Below, piece after piece: positions 1 to 7,442 of a DNA stretch of 64,000 nt. The position numbers were made by a program, and so were the translations under genes. This DNA is from an uncultured virus (IMG/VR IMGVR_UViG_3300023180_000023). Its lineage: Duplodnaviria > Heunggongvirae > Uroviricota > Caudoviricetes. The notes beneath the pieces were generated by a model that worked only from the letters and a program-made list of their open reading frames with translations, had not been told where the DNA came from and did no database searches. Location of the stretch: IMG/VR virus record IMGVR_UViG_3300023180_000023, one strand, 5' to 3'. Numbering within the stretch: the first letter of the stretch is position 1; each line of letters starts with the position of its first letter.

Positions 1-922
1 GGAGTGACTGGTTAAAGTTAAACCCGTTGAGGTTAAATGCCATCGTGGAGACACCCAGTGCCGCGAACCAAATTCCCACGACAGGCCATGCTGCGAGGAA
101 GAAGTGTAGCGAGCGAGAATTGTTGAAGGATGCATACTGGAAGATCAGACGACCGAAGTAACCGTGGGCAGCGACGATGTTATACGTCTCTTCTTCTTGA
201 CCAAACTTGTAACCATAGTTCTGGGACTCAGTTTCAGTGGTTTCACGAACCAGCGAAGAAGTAACCAGAGAACCGTGCATTGCACTAAACAGAGAACCAC
301 CAAAGACACCAGCAACTCCAAGCATGTGGAAGGGGTGCATCAGGATGTTGTGCTCTGCTTGGAAGACAAGCATGTAGTTAAAAGTACCAGAGATGCCAAG
401 AGGCATTGCGTCAGAGAAAGAACCTTGACCGAAAGGATAGACCAGGAATACAGCAGATGCAGCAGCAACAGGTGCAGAGTATGCAACGCAGATCCAAGGA
501 CGCATACCCAGGCGGTAGGACAGTTCCCACTCACGTCCCATGTAGGCATAGATGCCGATCAGGAAGTGGAAGACAACCAGTTGGAAAGGACCACCATTGT
601 AGAGCCACTCATCCAGAGATGCCGCTTCCCAGATGGGATAGAAGTGAAGACCAATAGCATTGGAACTGGGGACAACAGCACCAGAGATGATGTTGTTTCC
701 ATACATGAGTGAACCAGCAACGGGTTCACGGATACCATCAATGTCCACAGGAGGAGCACCGATGAAAGCGATGATGAAACAAGTTGTAGCAGCAAGCAGG
801 CAAGGAATCATCAGGACTCCAAACCAACCAACGTAAAGACGATTGTCAGTGCTGGTAACCCAGTTGCAAAACTGTTCCCAAGTGTTATTCGATTGTTGTT
901 GACGTGAAAGAGTAGCAGTCAT
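1..922 (-). CDS. psbA: Photosystem II D1 protein (3' end runs off window)
   Basis: Manual translation from ATG at 922: MTATLSRQQ...[14 protein letters not shown]...[16 protein letters not shown]...[12 protein letters not shown]...[15 protein letters not shown]. Missing from the ORF track because it is truncated. Confidence 0.99.
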   Translation of the reverse strand, partial: MTATLSRQQQSNNTWEQFCNWVTSTDNRLYVGWFGVLMIPCLLAATTCFIIAFIGAPPVDIDGIREPVAGSLMYGNNIISGAVVPSSNAIGLHFYPIWEAASLDEWLYNGGPFQLVVFHFLIGIYAYMGREWELSYRLGMRPWICVAYSAPVAAASAVFLVYPFGQGSFSDAMPLGISGTFNYMLVFQAEHNILMHPFHMLGVAGVFGGSLFSAMHGSLVTSSLVRETTETESQNYGYKFGQEEETYNIVAAHGYFGRLIFQYASFNNSRSLHFFLAAWPVVGIWFAALGVSTMAFNLNGFNFNQSL

Positions 923-935
923 TGTTTTAAAAAAA

Positions 936-1010
936 AGTAAGTAAGTCCATCAGGGAAATGGTGGAGGTACTTATTTCTCTGTCACCCTCAGACAGAGATA
1001 TGAGAGGCAT
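936..1010 (-). ncRNA. Structured psbA leader, PhotoRC-II-like RNA motif
   Basis: Hairpin TCTCTGTC-TGAGGGT-GACAGAGA and hairpin CCAT-TTCCCTG-ATGG with complementary loops (AGGG/CCCT), directly upstream of psbA. Family recognised from memory. Confidence 0.75.
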
Positions 1011-1106
1011 CTTTTACTTGTGTAGCCTCGGTAAGGTGGTTAGACCCTTTGCCACAAGTTTGTTACAACATCTTAAAGAATCGTTACATTCCTTAACGTG
1101 TTGATG

Positions 1107-1140
1107 TATTTATAATACTACGGATTTCCGTGCCTGTCAA
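1107..1140 (-). promoter_or_regulatory. Composite psbA promoter: sigma70 TTGACA-17-TATTAT overlapping T4 late box TATAAATA
   Basis: Minus strand reads TTGACAggcacggaaatccgtagTATTATAAATA. Confidence 0.8.
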
Positions 1141-1325
1141 GTCCCAGAGACAGTTCCAGAAGTGTCCTCGTTGTACCAGAAGTCATCCCAATCCTCATCT
1201 GTCGCTTCATAGATGGGGCATGGTTCTTCCATTAAGAGATCGTTCTTTGCCTTTGCAACACGTTCTCTCAGTTTTCTGTAGTCATCTTCATCCATGAGGT
1301 TGTCAATGAAATCAAGATCTTTCAT
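1137..1325 (-). CDS. Hypothetical acidic protein
   Basis: ORF track; ATGA overlap with upstream ORF. Confidence 0.65.
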   Translation of the reverse strand: MKDLDFIDNLMDEDDYRKLRERVAKAKNDLLMEEPCPIYEATDEDWDDFWYNEDTSGTVSGT

Positions 1326-1486
1326 TCTCGATACTCCTGAAGAATTTCAAGTACTTTACCCAGTGCATAGTGAGCACCATCATGCCAATCTCCATTCTTG
1401 TCTTCATGTTGTCCATTGAAGAGTGCTGTTTTTAACTTATACACTCTTGGTTCAATGTCAATCTTTCTCATGTGATTTCTTGGCAT
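1322..1486 (-). CDS. Small hypothetical protein (54 aa)
   Basis: Manual translation MPRNHMRKIDIEPRVYKLKTALFNGQHEDKNGDWHDGAHYALGKVLEILQEYRE; fills the gap with overlaps at both ends. Confidence 0.7.
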   Translation of the reverse strand: MPRNHMRKIDIEPRVYKLKTALFNGQHEDKNGDWHDGAHYALGKVLEILQEYRE

Positions 1487-1694
1487 TGATCTCCTTTAAT
1501 AACTGATTGGTTTCACTAAGCAATTGCTTCTTAAGTTTACGACCCATTCTCCACATAATAAATCTAATGTACGCATATTTAATTTGAAGTTCCAGGTAAA
1601 CAAAAACTCTCATTGTTCCCTCGAACCCTGCATATGCAATCATCATCATTAATATAATGATGAGTACATAAAACTCAATTAAGAATGATGTCAT
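1458..1694 (-). CDS. Hypothetical membrane protein
   Basis: N-terminal hydrophobic helix; sigma70-type promoter upstream. Confidence 0.6.
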   Translation of the reverse strand: MTSFLIEFYVLIIILMMMIAYAGFEGTMRVFVYLELQIKYAYIRFIMWRMGRKLKKQLLSETNQLLKEINAKKSHEKD

Positions 1695-1714
1695 AAACTT
1701 AGAGCGTAGTACTA

Positions 1715-1742
1715 ATTATACAAGCAGTATCAAAGTTGTCAA
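1715..1742 (-). promoter_or_regulatory. sigma70-type promoter TTGACA-16-TATAAT
   Basis: Consensus hexamers on the minus strand. Confidence 0.65.
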
Positions 1743-1743
1743 C

Positions 1744-1971
1744 TCAAAGTTCGTGTCTCCTAACAGAACCTTTAATTTCATTCTCTTTGATAAATGCCTT
1801 TGCTGCTCGTTGGGTATCGAACATTTTTGCGAATCTAGGATCAAGATTCCATTTGTGGGCGGACATCAAGTACTCAGTCCTACCATCATTTTTTCTTGTG
1901 ACTCTCCACAAGATGTTATTCTCTGCATCAGTTGCCATAGTAATTAATAATTCGGTAGAATTATTTATCAA
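1744..1971 (-). CDS. Hypothetical protein
   Basis: ORF track; start uncertain (possibly MATDAE). Confidence 0.6.
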   Translation of the reverse strand: MINNSTELLITMATDAENNILWRVTRKNDGRTEYLMSAHKWNLDPRFAKMFDTQRAAKAFIKENEIKGSVRRHEL

Positions 1972-2138
1972 TAACTAGCATCCTGATAATCTTCTTCGGT
2001 AAAACATGGTTGGACTTCCCATCGATCCCAGTCAACATCCCTGGCAGCAATCATGTTTTCCATCTCTTCTACAGTCAAACTGTGCTTAACTACTTTGTTA
2101 GTTTCCTTAGTGTAGATATGAAACAGTTGAGTAATCAT
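1968..2138 (-). CDS. Hypothetical protein
   Basis: Start moved to ATG 2138 (MITQLF), which has an AGAGG RBS; the longer ORF crosses a terminator. Confidence 0.65.
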   Translation of the reverse strand: MITQLFHIYTKETNKVVKHSLTVEEMENMIAARDVDWDRWEVQPCFTEEDYQDASY

Positions 2139-2154
2139 AGACCTCTTTGTAAAC

Positions 2155-2222
2155 AATAAAAAAGGGACCGTTCTGTTATTTGGCAGAGGTCCCTTTGGCA
2201 TAGCGCCGACGATATTCAGTTT
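2155..2222 (-). ncRNA. Candidate late small RNA (about 65 nt)
   Basis: TATAAATA at 2230-2223, then ACTGAATATCGTCGGCGC, then hairpin AAAGGGACC...GGTCCCTTT with a T tail. Confidence 0.5.
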
Positions 2223-2240
2223 TATTTATAAGGTGGCGGA

Positions 2241-2324
2241 TTAGGGTATGACTGGGGCAAGGATCGCCCAACTGAAAAGAGAAGTTACTGTTCCTAAAAG
2301 AAGTGTAGTCGTGGTGAAGTTCAT
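2241..2324 (-). CDS. Small hydrophobic peptide (27 aa)
   Basis: Manual translation MNFTTTTLLLGTVTSLFSWAILAPVIP. Confidence 0.45.
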   Translation of the reverse strand: MNFTTTTLLLGTVTSLFSWAILAPVIP

Positions 2325-2385
2325 AGATCTTCCATCAGAGTACATATTATATATCAGTTTTGTATCATAGTGATACAATTTGGTA

Positions 2386-2466
2386 TCATTCGTCACCAGG
2401 TTTTGTCAGGAAAGCAGCACCTGCAAATGTTCCCAAAAGAATTGCTGCAACTGCTATCAATTCCAT
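2386..2466 (-). CDS. Small single-TM peptide (26 aa)
   Basis: MELIAVAAILLGTFAGAAFLTKPGDE; TGATG coupling to hli. Confidence 0.55.
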   Translation of the reverse strand: MELIAVAAILLGTFAGAAFLTKPGDE

Positions 2467-2585
2467 CACCATACTCCAGGAATGACTTGACCAGTAGTGA
2501 AGTAAGCACCAATAGCAGCAACAAAACCAATCATTGCCAGACGTGCGTTGAGGATCTCTGCCTCAGGGGTAAACAGTTTTTTCAT
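2466..2585 (-). CDS. hli: High-light inducible protein
   Basis: MKKLFTPEAEILNARLAMIGFVAAIGAYFTTGQVIPGVW carries the AExxNxRxAMIGF and TGQxIPG motifs; below the ORF-track cutoff. Confidence 0.95.
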   Translation of the reverse strand: MKKLFTPEAEILNARLAMIGFVAAIGAYFTTGQVIPGVW

Positions 2586-2731
2586 TGTTGTTCCTCCAAA
2601 GTTTTGTTTTTGATGATGACCCTGCCATTTTCATGAGTGAACACTAGTTCATCATCATGTGCCCAGCAGAGTTCTTCGTAAAGGGCATTGAGTTTCTCCA
2701 TGTCTTCATAGAGAGCATTGGGATTAGGCAT
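2582..2731 (-). CDS. Small hypothetical protein (49 aa)
   Basis: MPNPNALYEDMEKLNALYEELCWAHDDELVFTHENGRVIIKNK...; ATGA overlap with hli. Confidence 0.7.
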   Translation of the reverse strand: MPNPNALYEDMEKLNALYEELCWAHDDELVFTHENGRVIIKNKTLEEQQ

Positions 2732-3011
2732 ATTGTTCTACTAAAGTTCTAATGTTCTGTGTGATTTGCATTCCACCAACCTTCTCTTCCAGTTTTACAC
2801 CGTCAGCATCAGTAATAATAAGAACAGGTGTAGCAGTTACACCATACTTCTTAGCGAGATCTAGATTCTCTTGTGGAATAGGTACATCACTAAAATCTTC
2901 AAGGTCAATCTTTTCAATCATACTGGTATCAACTTTAATTGATTTAAAGTATTTGTCTACCAGGGCACAGGGACCACAAGAAGTTTTAGAGAACAAATAA
3001 AACTTATTCAT
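2724..3011 (-). CDS. Thioredoxin/glutaredoxin-like protein
   Basis: CGPC active site, YGVTATPVL cis-Pro motif. Confidence 0.85.
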   Translation of the reverse strand: MNKFYLFSKTSCGPCALVDKYFKSIKVDTSMIEKIDLEDFSDVPIPQENLDLAKKYGVTATPVLIITDADGVKLEEKVGGMQITQNIRTLVEQYA

Positions 3012-3213
3012 TTGGTTTACTTGGTTCAAACGGTGTACGACTGTTATTCTTAATTACAATGAAGGCATCCTTGTTGTATTTACGGGTCCCTTTGGTGGGT
3101 GCCCACTTACTACCGTCACCTTCAATACCATAAACTGAAGTACCTGCAATTTGAATTACAATATCGTCCTTGGGATCCCATCCCAAGGTATCAAACGCTT
3201 CGTAAATGTTCAA
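3004..3213 (-). CDS. Hypothetical protein
   Basis: ORF overlapping both neighbours. Confidence 0.65.
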   Translation of the reverse strand: MNIYEAFDTLGWDPKDDIVIQIAGTSVYGIEGDGSKWAPTKGTRKYNKDAFIVIKNNSRTPFEPSKPNE

Positions 3214-3500
3214 AGATTTTCCTCTTGTTCACTCAGAATAACACAATCACTAGTGGGGTATGCAACACAGGTCAAGATAAACCCATCTGCAATTTGATCA
3301 TCATCAAGGAAGGATTGCTCATCATTATCTACGGTGCCAGAGAGGAGTTTTCCTGCACAAGCTGAGCAAGCACCTGCTTTACACGACGAAGGGAGGTCAA
3401 CACCTGCCTCTTCTGCTGCCTCAAGAATGTACTGATCATCAGCACACTCAAAGGTAGTTTCAGTGCCATCGGGGGTTTGGATAGTAACGTTGAATGCCAT
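3210..3500 (-). CDS. petF: Plant-type [2Fe-2S] ferredoxin
   Basis: MAFNVT...[13 protein letters not shown]...FILTCVAYP; true start at ATG 3500. Confidence 0.97.
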   Translation of the reverse strand: MAFNVTIQTPDGTETTFECADDQYILEAAEEAGVDLPSSCKAGACSACAGKLLSGTVDNDEQSFLDDDQIADGFILTCVAYPTSDCVILSEQEENL

Positions 3501-3586
3501 TAGTAAGTTTCGCAAAGTTTTTCTACGGATGCTGCCAGGAGGACGAACCAGGCAACGGAAGTAATTATACCTACTAGTTCTGCCAT
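3500..3586 (-). CDS. Small single-TM peptide (28 aa)
   Basis: [33 protein letters not shown] coupling to petF. Confidence 0.55.
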   Translation of the reverse strand: MAELVGIITSVAWFVLLAASVEKLCETY

Positions 3587-3600
3587 TGTCAAATCCTTTG

Positions 3601-3804
3601 TCAGAAAATGCCAAAAAAGAGTTTGCCCGTGGCAGCGTAGGAGATGGCACCGAAGATGATTCCCATCATCGCCCAACGTCCATTGTAATTTTCAACACGC
3701 TCCATAGGAGTCATGAGACCTTTGCGATGATATGATTCAACTACCATCTGTGGTTCTTTCGCCCACATGTTTTGTTGACCACGATCATTAGTTGTTACTG
3801 TCAT
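3601..3804 (-). CDS. hli: High-light inducible protein
   Basis: [18 protein letters not shown]...[11 protein letters not shown]...[10 protein letters not shown]. Confidence 0.93.
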   Translation of the reverse strand: MTVTTNDRGQQNMWAKEPQMVVESYHRKGLMTPMERVENYNGRWAMMGIIFGAISYAATGKLFFGIF

Positions 3805-3856
3805 TTGTAAAGAATTGTTACTAACCAAGTATATAGGAAATATTAAGGAATGTCAA
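3804..3856 (-). promoter_or_regulatory. sigma70 promoter TTGACA-17-TATACT with HLR1-like direct repeat
   Basis: TTGACA 3856-3851, TATACT 3833-3828, GTAACAAT-TC-TTTACAAA 3821-3804. Confidence 0.7.
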
Positions 3857-4155
3857 CCCTTGAATTTTAGGACATCCTCATAAAGGACTTCAGGATTGTA
3901 TCCTTGATCACAAAGATCCACATGACGGTGACCCATCATCAACATTTTAAATTCTACCCAGCGATCCATATTGTTCTTATGGTAGTCAATCCACTCTTGA
4001 GCAGATGCCAGGATCTCCTCGTAGCACTGCCTGGGGTCTGTCTTAGTGTCATCGTTCAGATACTCAGCAATGGCATCGTCAAGGCGATCACGACGCTGCT
4101 TGCGAAACTGTGCTTCCCAGTCAACTTGGAGGTCTGGGCGTCCTTCAATAGTCAT
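3853..4155 (-). CDS. Hypothetical protein
   Basis: ORF track. Confidence 0.7.
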   Translation of the reverse strand: MTIEGRPDLQVDWEAQFRKQRRDRLDDAIAEYLNDDTKTDPRQCYEEILASAQEWIDYHKNNMDRWVEFKMLMMGHRHVDLCDQGYNPEVLYEDVLKFKG

Positions 4156-4164
4156 GAGTCAAAT

Positions 4165-4198
4165 AAAAAAAGACCCCTGCATCGTAGCAGAGGTCTTG
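4165..4198 (-). terminator. Rho-independent terminator
   Basis: AAGACCTCTGC-tacgat-GCAGGGGTCTT followed by a T tract. Confidence 0.75.
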
Positions 4199-4205
4199 GG
4201 GTCTG

Positions 4206-4817
4206 TCAACTAACTCGCATGATGAAAGCGAGAGCAAAGTATGGCGGGAGGTTTGCATTAGTTCCAGCACTACCTGCATTGTCAATAGAGATTCCTGTAG
4301 TTGCAGAATCAATGGTAATTCCTGTAACAGATGACCCACTAGTGTTCGATTCTGCAATATCATTATCACCAGATCCAGAACCTGCCTGGTCTTGACCACT
4401 GGAATCTCTCGAACCCTCTTCTGTATGAGTGTGACCAGGGTCAGTAATATCATGACTATGACCGTCATCGGTAATAGTGTGGGTGTGACTAACTACAATC
4501 GCATCTTTTGATCCACCTGTTGCAGTGTCTGTACCAGTGATATTTGTTTGCCACTCATTATCATTATTATCCTCATATGCTTGTGCTGCAATGACAAACT
4601 TGTTTCTCAGGTCTGGAGTTCCATTAGTACCATCACACAAACTCCAGTTAGCAGGGACTTCTGATGCTGTACCAGAGAACATAATAATTCCTTTAACAGG
4701 AACTAATGCATTAGTCAGTGAGGATGCCGCTTGATTAAGAGTAACTGCAGCAGTATCAATTTTATCTGTAGTTACTGCCTGGTCTTGTAATCCAGGTGTG
4801 TCTATCTTGTATACCAT
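4206..4817 (-). CDS. Tail-collar domain / short tail fibre tip-like protein
   Basis: PVKGIIMFSG...WSLCDGTNGTPDLRNKFV, HxH repeats, C-terminal NLPPYFALAFIMR. Confidence 0.85.
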   Translation of the reverse strand: MVYKIDTPGLQDQAVTTDKIDTAAVTLNQAASSLTNALVPVKGIIMFSGTASEVPANWSLCDGTNGTPDLRNKFVIAAQAYEDNNDNEWQTNITGTDTATGGSKDAIVVSHTHTITDDGHSHDITDPGHTHTEEGSRDSSGQDQAGSGSGDNDIAESNTSGSSVTGITIDSATTGISIDNAGSAGTNANLPPYFALAFIMRVS

Positions 4818-4818
4818 T

Positions 4819-5472
4819 TTAGTTAATCCTAATAATGTATGCTAATGCATAATATGGTGGGAGGTTTTGGTTCGTTCCAGCAGAACCTGCACTGTCAATA
4901 GTGATTCCTGTAGTTCCAGAATCAATGGTGATGTTTGCCGAAGCACCATTAATAGCAAAGTTATTAACACGAGTAGCACCTTGGCTTCCTGGTCCCATAC
5001 TGAAAGCACCTCCACTGACTTGAACATTATATCCATCAAGATTTGAGGTGTGAGTGTGATCAGTTTGAGTAATACTATGACTGTGACCGTCATCAGTAAG
5101 AGTGTGATTGTGATCAACTACAATCGCATCTTTTGATCCACCTGTTTGGGTATCAGATCCAGTAATGTCAGTTTGCCATTCCGCACCAGTATCATCATAA
5201 GTACCTGTACCAATAACAAATCTGTTAACTAAATTTGGTGTATTTGAACCACTCAAAGTACCAGAAGTAATGGCACTTCCGTCACACAACTGCCAGTTGG
5301 GGAATCCTGCAAGTGCATCTGCAGTGCCACTCCACAAAATAATTCCACCAATAGGAACTAATGCACCAGAAACTTCGGATGACAACCTGCTAATACTAAT
5401 CGTAGCAGTGTCAATTTTATCATCAGTAACTGCCTGGTCTTGTAGTCCAGGCGTATCTATTTTATATACCAC
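4819..5472 (-). CDS. Tail-collar domain protein, paralogue of 4206..4817
   Basis: PIGGIILWSG...WQLCDG...TPNLVNRFV, NLPPYYALAYIIR; identical first 16 aa; ATAAATA late box upstream. Confidence 0.85.
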   Translation of the reverse strand: MVYKIDTPGLQDQAVTDDKIDTATISISRLSSEVSGALVPIGGIILWSGTADALAGFPNWQLCDGSAITSGTLSGSNTPNLVNRFVIGTGTYDDTGAEWQTDITGSDTQTGGSKDAIVVDHNHTLTDDGHSHSITQTDHTHTSNLDGYNVQVSGGAFSMGPGSQGATRVNNFAINGASANITIDSGTTGITIDSAGSAGTNQNLPPYYALAYIIRIN

Positions 5473-5495
5473 TTGTATACAAGTATTCTACTGTT

Positions 5496-5921
5496 TTATT
5501 TATCCTTATCAAAATAGAAAGGTCCGTTCTCAGAACCCCATTTCTGTTCTCCAGTTTCAGGATCAAATCCAGCGTCAATAACTTTATAAAAATCAGGACC
5601 CATTTGTATTTTACTTACCAATACAGTCCCTTTGAATATGCATCCTGGAACAGTTTGTCCCCAATACAATCCCCCTCGTTTAACAAAGATCAAATTACAT
5701 TGATCATTCTCTACTATCAGATGATCTTTCTTATCAACAACTTTAATTAGTTTATCTCGATAGGGTTTATCATCATGTTTATATCTCTGAGTCACATGAA
5801 ATTCATTATGAGAAATCTTTTCATGAGTCAAGATGATATGAGCAAATCTTGTCGGACGACTTGATGCTTGTTTCCAATTATTGTAACTGCCTTCAAACCA
5901 GTTGATAAATTCTTCAAACAT
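5496..5921 (-). CDS. cpeT: CpcT/CpeT-family bilin lyase
   Basis: FEGSYNNWKQA...PYR...DAGFDPETGEQKWGSENGPFYF. Confidence 0.88.
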   Translation of the reverse strand: MFEEFINWFEGSYNNWKQASSRPTRFAHIILTHEKISHNEFHVTQRYKHDDKPYRDKLIKVVDKKDHLIVENDQCNLIFVKRGGLYWGQTVPGCIFKGTVLVSKIQMGPDFYKVIDAGFDPETGEQKWGSENGPFYFDKDK

Positions 5922-5937
5922 TTTAAGTATTCAAATA

Positions 5938-6009
5938 AGCGGGTGATCGGAATCGAACCGACGACATCTAACTTGGAAGGATAGCGTTCTACCGCTGAAC
6001 TACACCCGC
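5938..6009 (-). tRNA. tRNA-Gly(TCC)
   Basis: GCGGGTGTAGTTCAGCGGTAGAACGCTATCCTTCCAAGTTAG...GGTTCGATTCC; no encoded CCA. Confidence 0.95.
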
Positions 6010-6039
6010 AGGAAAGGGGGTGGTCAGACCCCCAAGGAC

Positions 6040-6255
6040 ACATGCACGCCACCTGTTTTAGTTTCAGTTGCAAAACAGGAAATCAACCACACGGAAGGGG
6101 TCGTTTGGATCCACCACTTGCTCTTTGACTGGAAGCAAGAAACCAGGCGGGGAGAGATATCCCATCCGCACCACTTGTTCTTATGGAAAAACAAGAAACC
6201 CGAGGGGTCGTTAAACCCATCCCGACCAGGGCGCTTTTAGCGTCATCCCGAGACG
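6040..6255 (-). ncRNA. Large structured RNA with three repeated hairpin modules, manA-like
   Basis: Three TTTC(T/C)TG-hairpin-CA(A/G)GTGG(T/C)G units; GC-rich, no credible ORF, next to a tRNA. Family assignment from memory. Confidence 0.65.
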
Positions 6256-6261
6256 TTTCAT

Positions 6262-6489
6262 TTAGGCATAAACACCAGATTCAATAAGATCTGCTTCAAC
6301 CTGATCGAGAATTACATTATAATCATCTTCAGGATCATCGTACAATTGTACTCCTTGGTCTTCATAGAAACGAATAAGTTTCTGATAAAGTTTAGGGTAA
6401 TCTTCATCAAGGGAAATATTACCCTCGATTGCTGCAGTCAGTTTTTTGAGATCGTTTTTGAACTTTGAATGAAATTTAGAACGAGACAT
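6262..6489 (-). CDS. Hypothetical protein
   Basis: ORF track. Confidence 0.7.
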   Translation of the reverse strand: MSRSKFHSKFKNDLKKLTAAIEGNISLDEDYPKLYQKLIRFYEDQGVQLYDDPEDDYNVILDQVEADLIESGVYA

Positions 6490-6532
6490 TGCCTTTGCAA
6501 TTTAGTTGTAGGAATGGAGGGGGAACCTCCAA

Positions 6533-6606
6533 TCGGGACGACAGGATTCGAACCTGCGACATCTCGCTCCCAAAGCGAGTGCTCTACCAAACTGAGCTAC
6601 GTCCCG
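6533..6606 (-). tRNA. tRNA-Pro(TGG)
   Basis: CGGGACGTAGCTCAGTTTGGTAGAGCACTCGCTTTGGGAGCGAG...GGTTCGAATCC. Confidence 0.95.
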
Positions 6607-6620
6607 TTGTTGATGCAAGT

Positions 6621-6649
6621 ATTATACTGGATAATACTTGCGGTGTCAA
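6621..6649 (-). promoter_or_regulatory. Consensus sigma70 promoter TTGACA-17-TATAAT for tRNA-Pro and downstream RNAs
   Basis: Perfect hexamers with a 17-nt spacer, 14 nt upstream of the tRNA. Confidence 0.85.
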
Positions 6650-6653
6650 GAGG

Positions 6654-6836
6654 TCAGCTGAAAAATTCTTCGTTCCGCCTGCGATCCAAGTACTCAATGA
6701 TCTCACCACGCCATTCTAGCAGTTCGTGGTAGCACTCCTGTTCGTGTGCAGTTTGACGCAGTTCATGATCTGGTTTGAGAACACTCTCATAGAAAATAAA
6801 AAATGCGTCTTTGCGTTTGGTTTGTTTAGGATTCAT
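6654..6836 (-). CDS. Hypothetical protein
   Basis: ORF track, coupled to neighbour. Confidence 0.7.
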   Translation of the reverse strand: MNPKQTKRKDAFFIFYESVLKPDHELRQTAHEQECYHELLEWRGEIIEYLDRRRNEEFFS

Positions 6837-7081
6837 CTTTCCTCGAAATCAAGTTTGCGGACACGTCGTTTCCTCCGTGCCTCCTGGTATTCTAACTCTT
6901 GATTTGAGAAAACACTTCCTTTCTTAAGGATTTCTTCTGAATTAATCATGATAACCTGAGCGAGGTCCACTGCCGTAATTTTATCTTCGGTTACTGTTGT
7001 TTGATTTGGGCATCCACATATCTGTGGTCTCGTACTGCTGGTCAATTCCTTATTGCAACACTTGCATCTGACTGATAGCAT
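6833..7081 (-). CDS. Hypothetical Cys-containing (zinc-ribbon-like) protein
   Basis: CKCC...CGCPN. Confidence 0.7.
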   Translation of the reverse strand: MLSVRCKCCNKELTSSTRPQICGCPNQTTVTEDKITAVDLAQVIMINSEEILKKGSVFSNQELEYQEARRKRRVRKLDFEER

Positions 7082-7121
7082 AATTTAACATTCCTTTATC
7101 TTTCAAGTTCCTATTCTTCAT

Positions 7122-7352
7122 TTATTTATTTGGGTTATGGTCTTTCATACCATCGTGATTACCGTCCTTTGGAAGTTCACCCAAAGTAATATACTTAACA
7201 ACCTGAATAGATCCTTCAAGTCGAGCAATACTCCTTTCGCACTTTATATACTCTTCATAAGCAGGTCGAAGTTCTTCCAACTTACCCTGAAGTTCTATTG
7301 TTCTTTTAGTAAATCTTTGTAGAAGTTGTTCGTTAGATTCTATTGGTTTCAT
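7122..7352 (-). CDS. Hypothetical coiled-coil protein
   Basis: ORF track. Confidence 0.6.
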   Translation of the reverse strand: MKPIESNEQLLQRFTKRTIELQGKLEELRPAYEEYIKCERSIARLEGSIQVVKYITLGELPKDGNHDGMKDHNPNK

Positions 7353-7370
7353 TTCTTTAGTTGTAACTAA

Positions 7371-7442
7371 TGGGCGAAGAGGGATTCGAACCCCCGACTG
7401 CCTCGGTGTAAACGAGGAACTCTACCGCTGAGTTATTCGCCC
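7371..7442 (-). tRNA. tRNA-Val(TAC)
   Basis: GGGCGAATAACTCAGCGGTAGAGTTCCTCGTTTACACCGAGG...GGTTCGAATCC. Confidence 0.95.

Noticed and set aside
164..712. 182-aa + strand ORF and other short ORFs over psbA
   Set aside because: Antisense or alternative-frame shadows of psbA caused by its codon bias.
3501..3650. N-terminal extension of ferredoxin in the ORF track
   Set aside because: Homology starts at MAFNVT (3500); the extension overlaps hli and a separate micro-ORF.
4206..5472. Diversity-generating retroelement TR/VR pair
   Set aside because: Both copies are full genes, they differ by indels and many substitution types, and no reverse transcriptase is in the window.
5828..6073. 81-aa ORF across tRNA-Gly and the structured RNA
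   Set aside because: Runs through a clear tRNA; no protein-like features.
6040..6255. Repeats considered as a CRISPR mini-array
   Set aside because: Units are degenerate hairpins with irregular spacing, there are no fixed-length spacers, and no cas genes are present.
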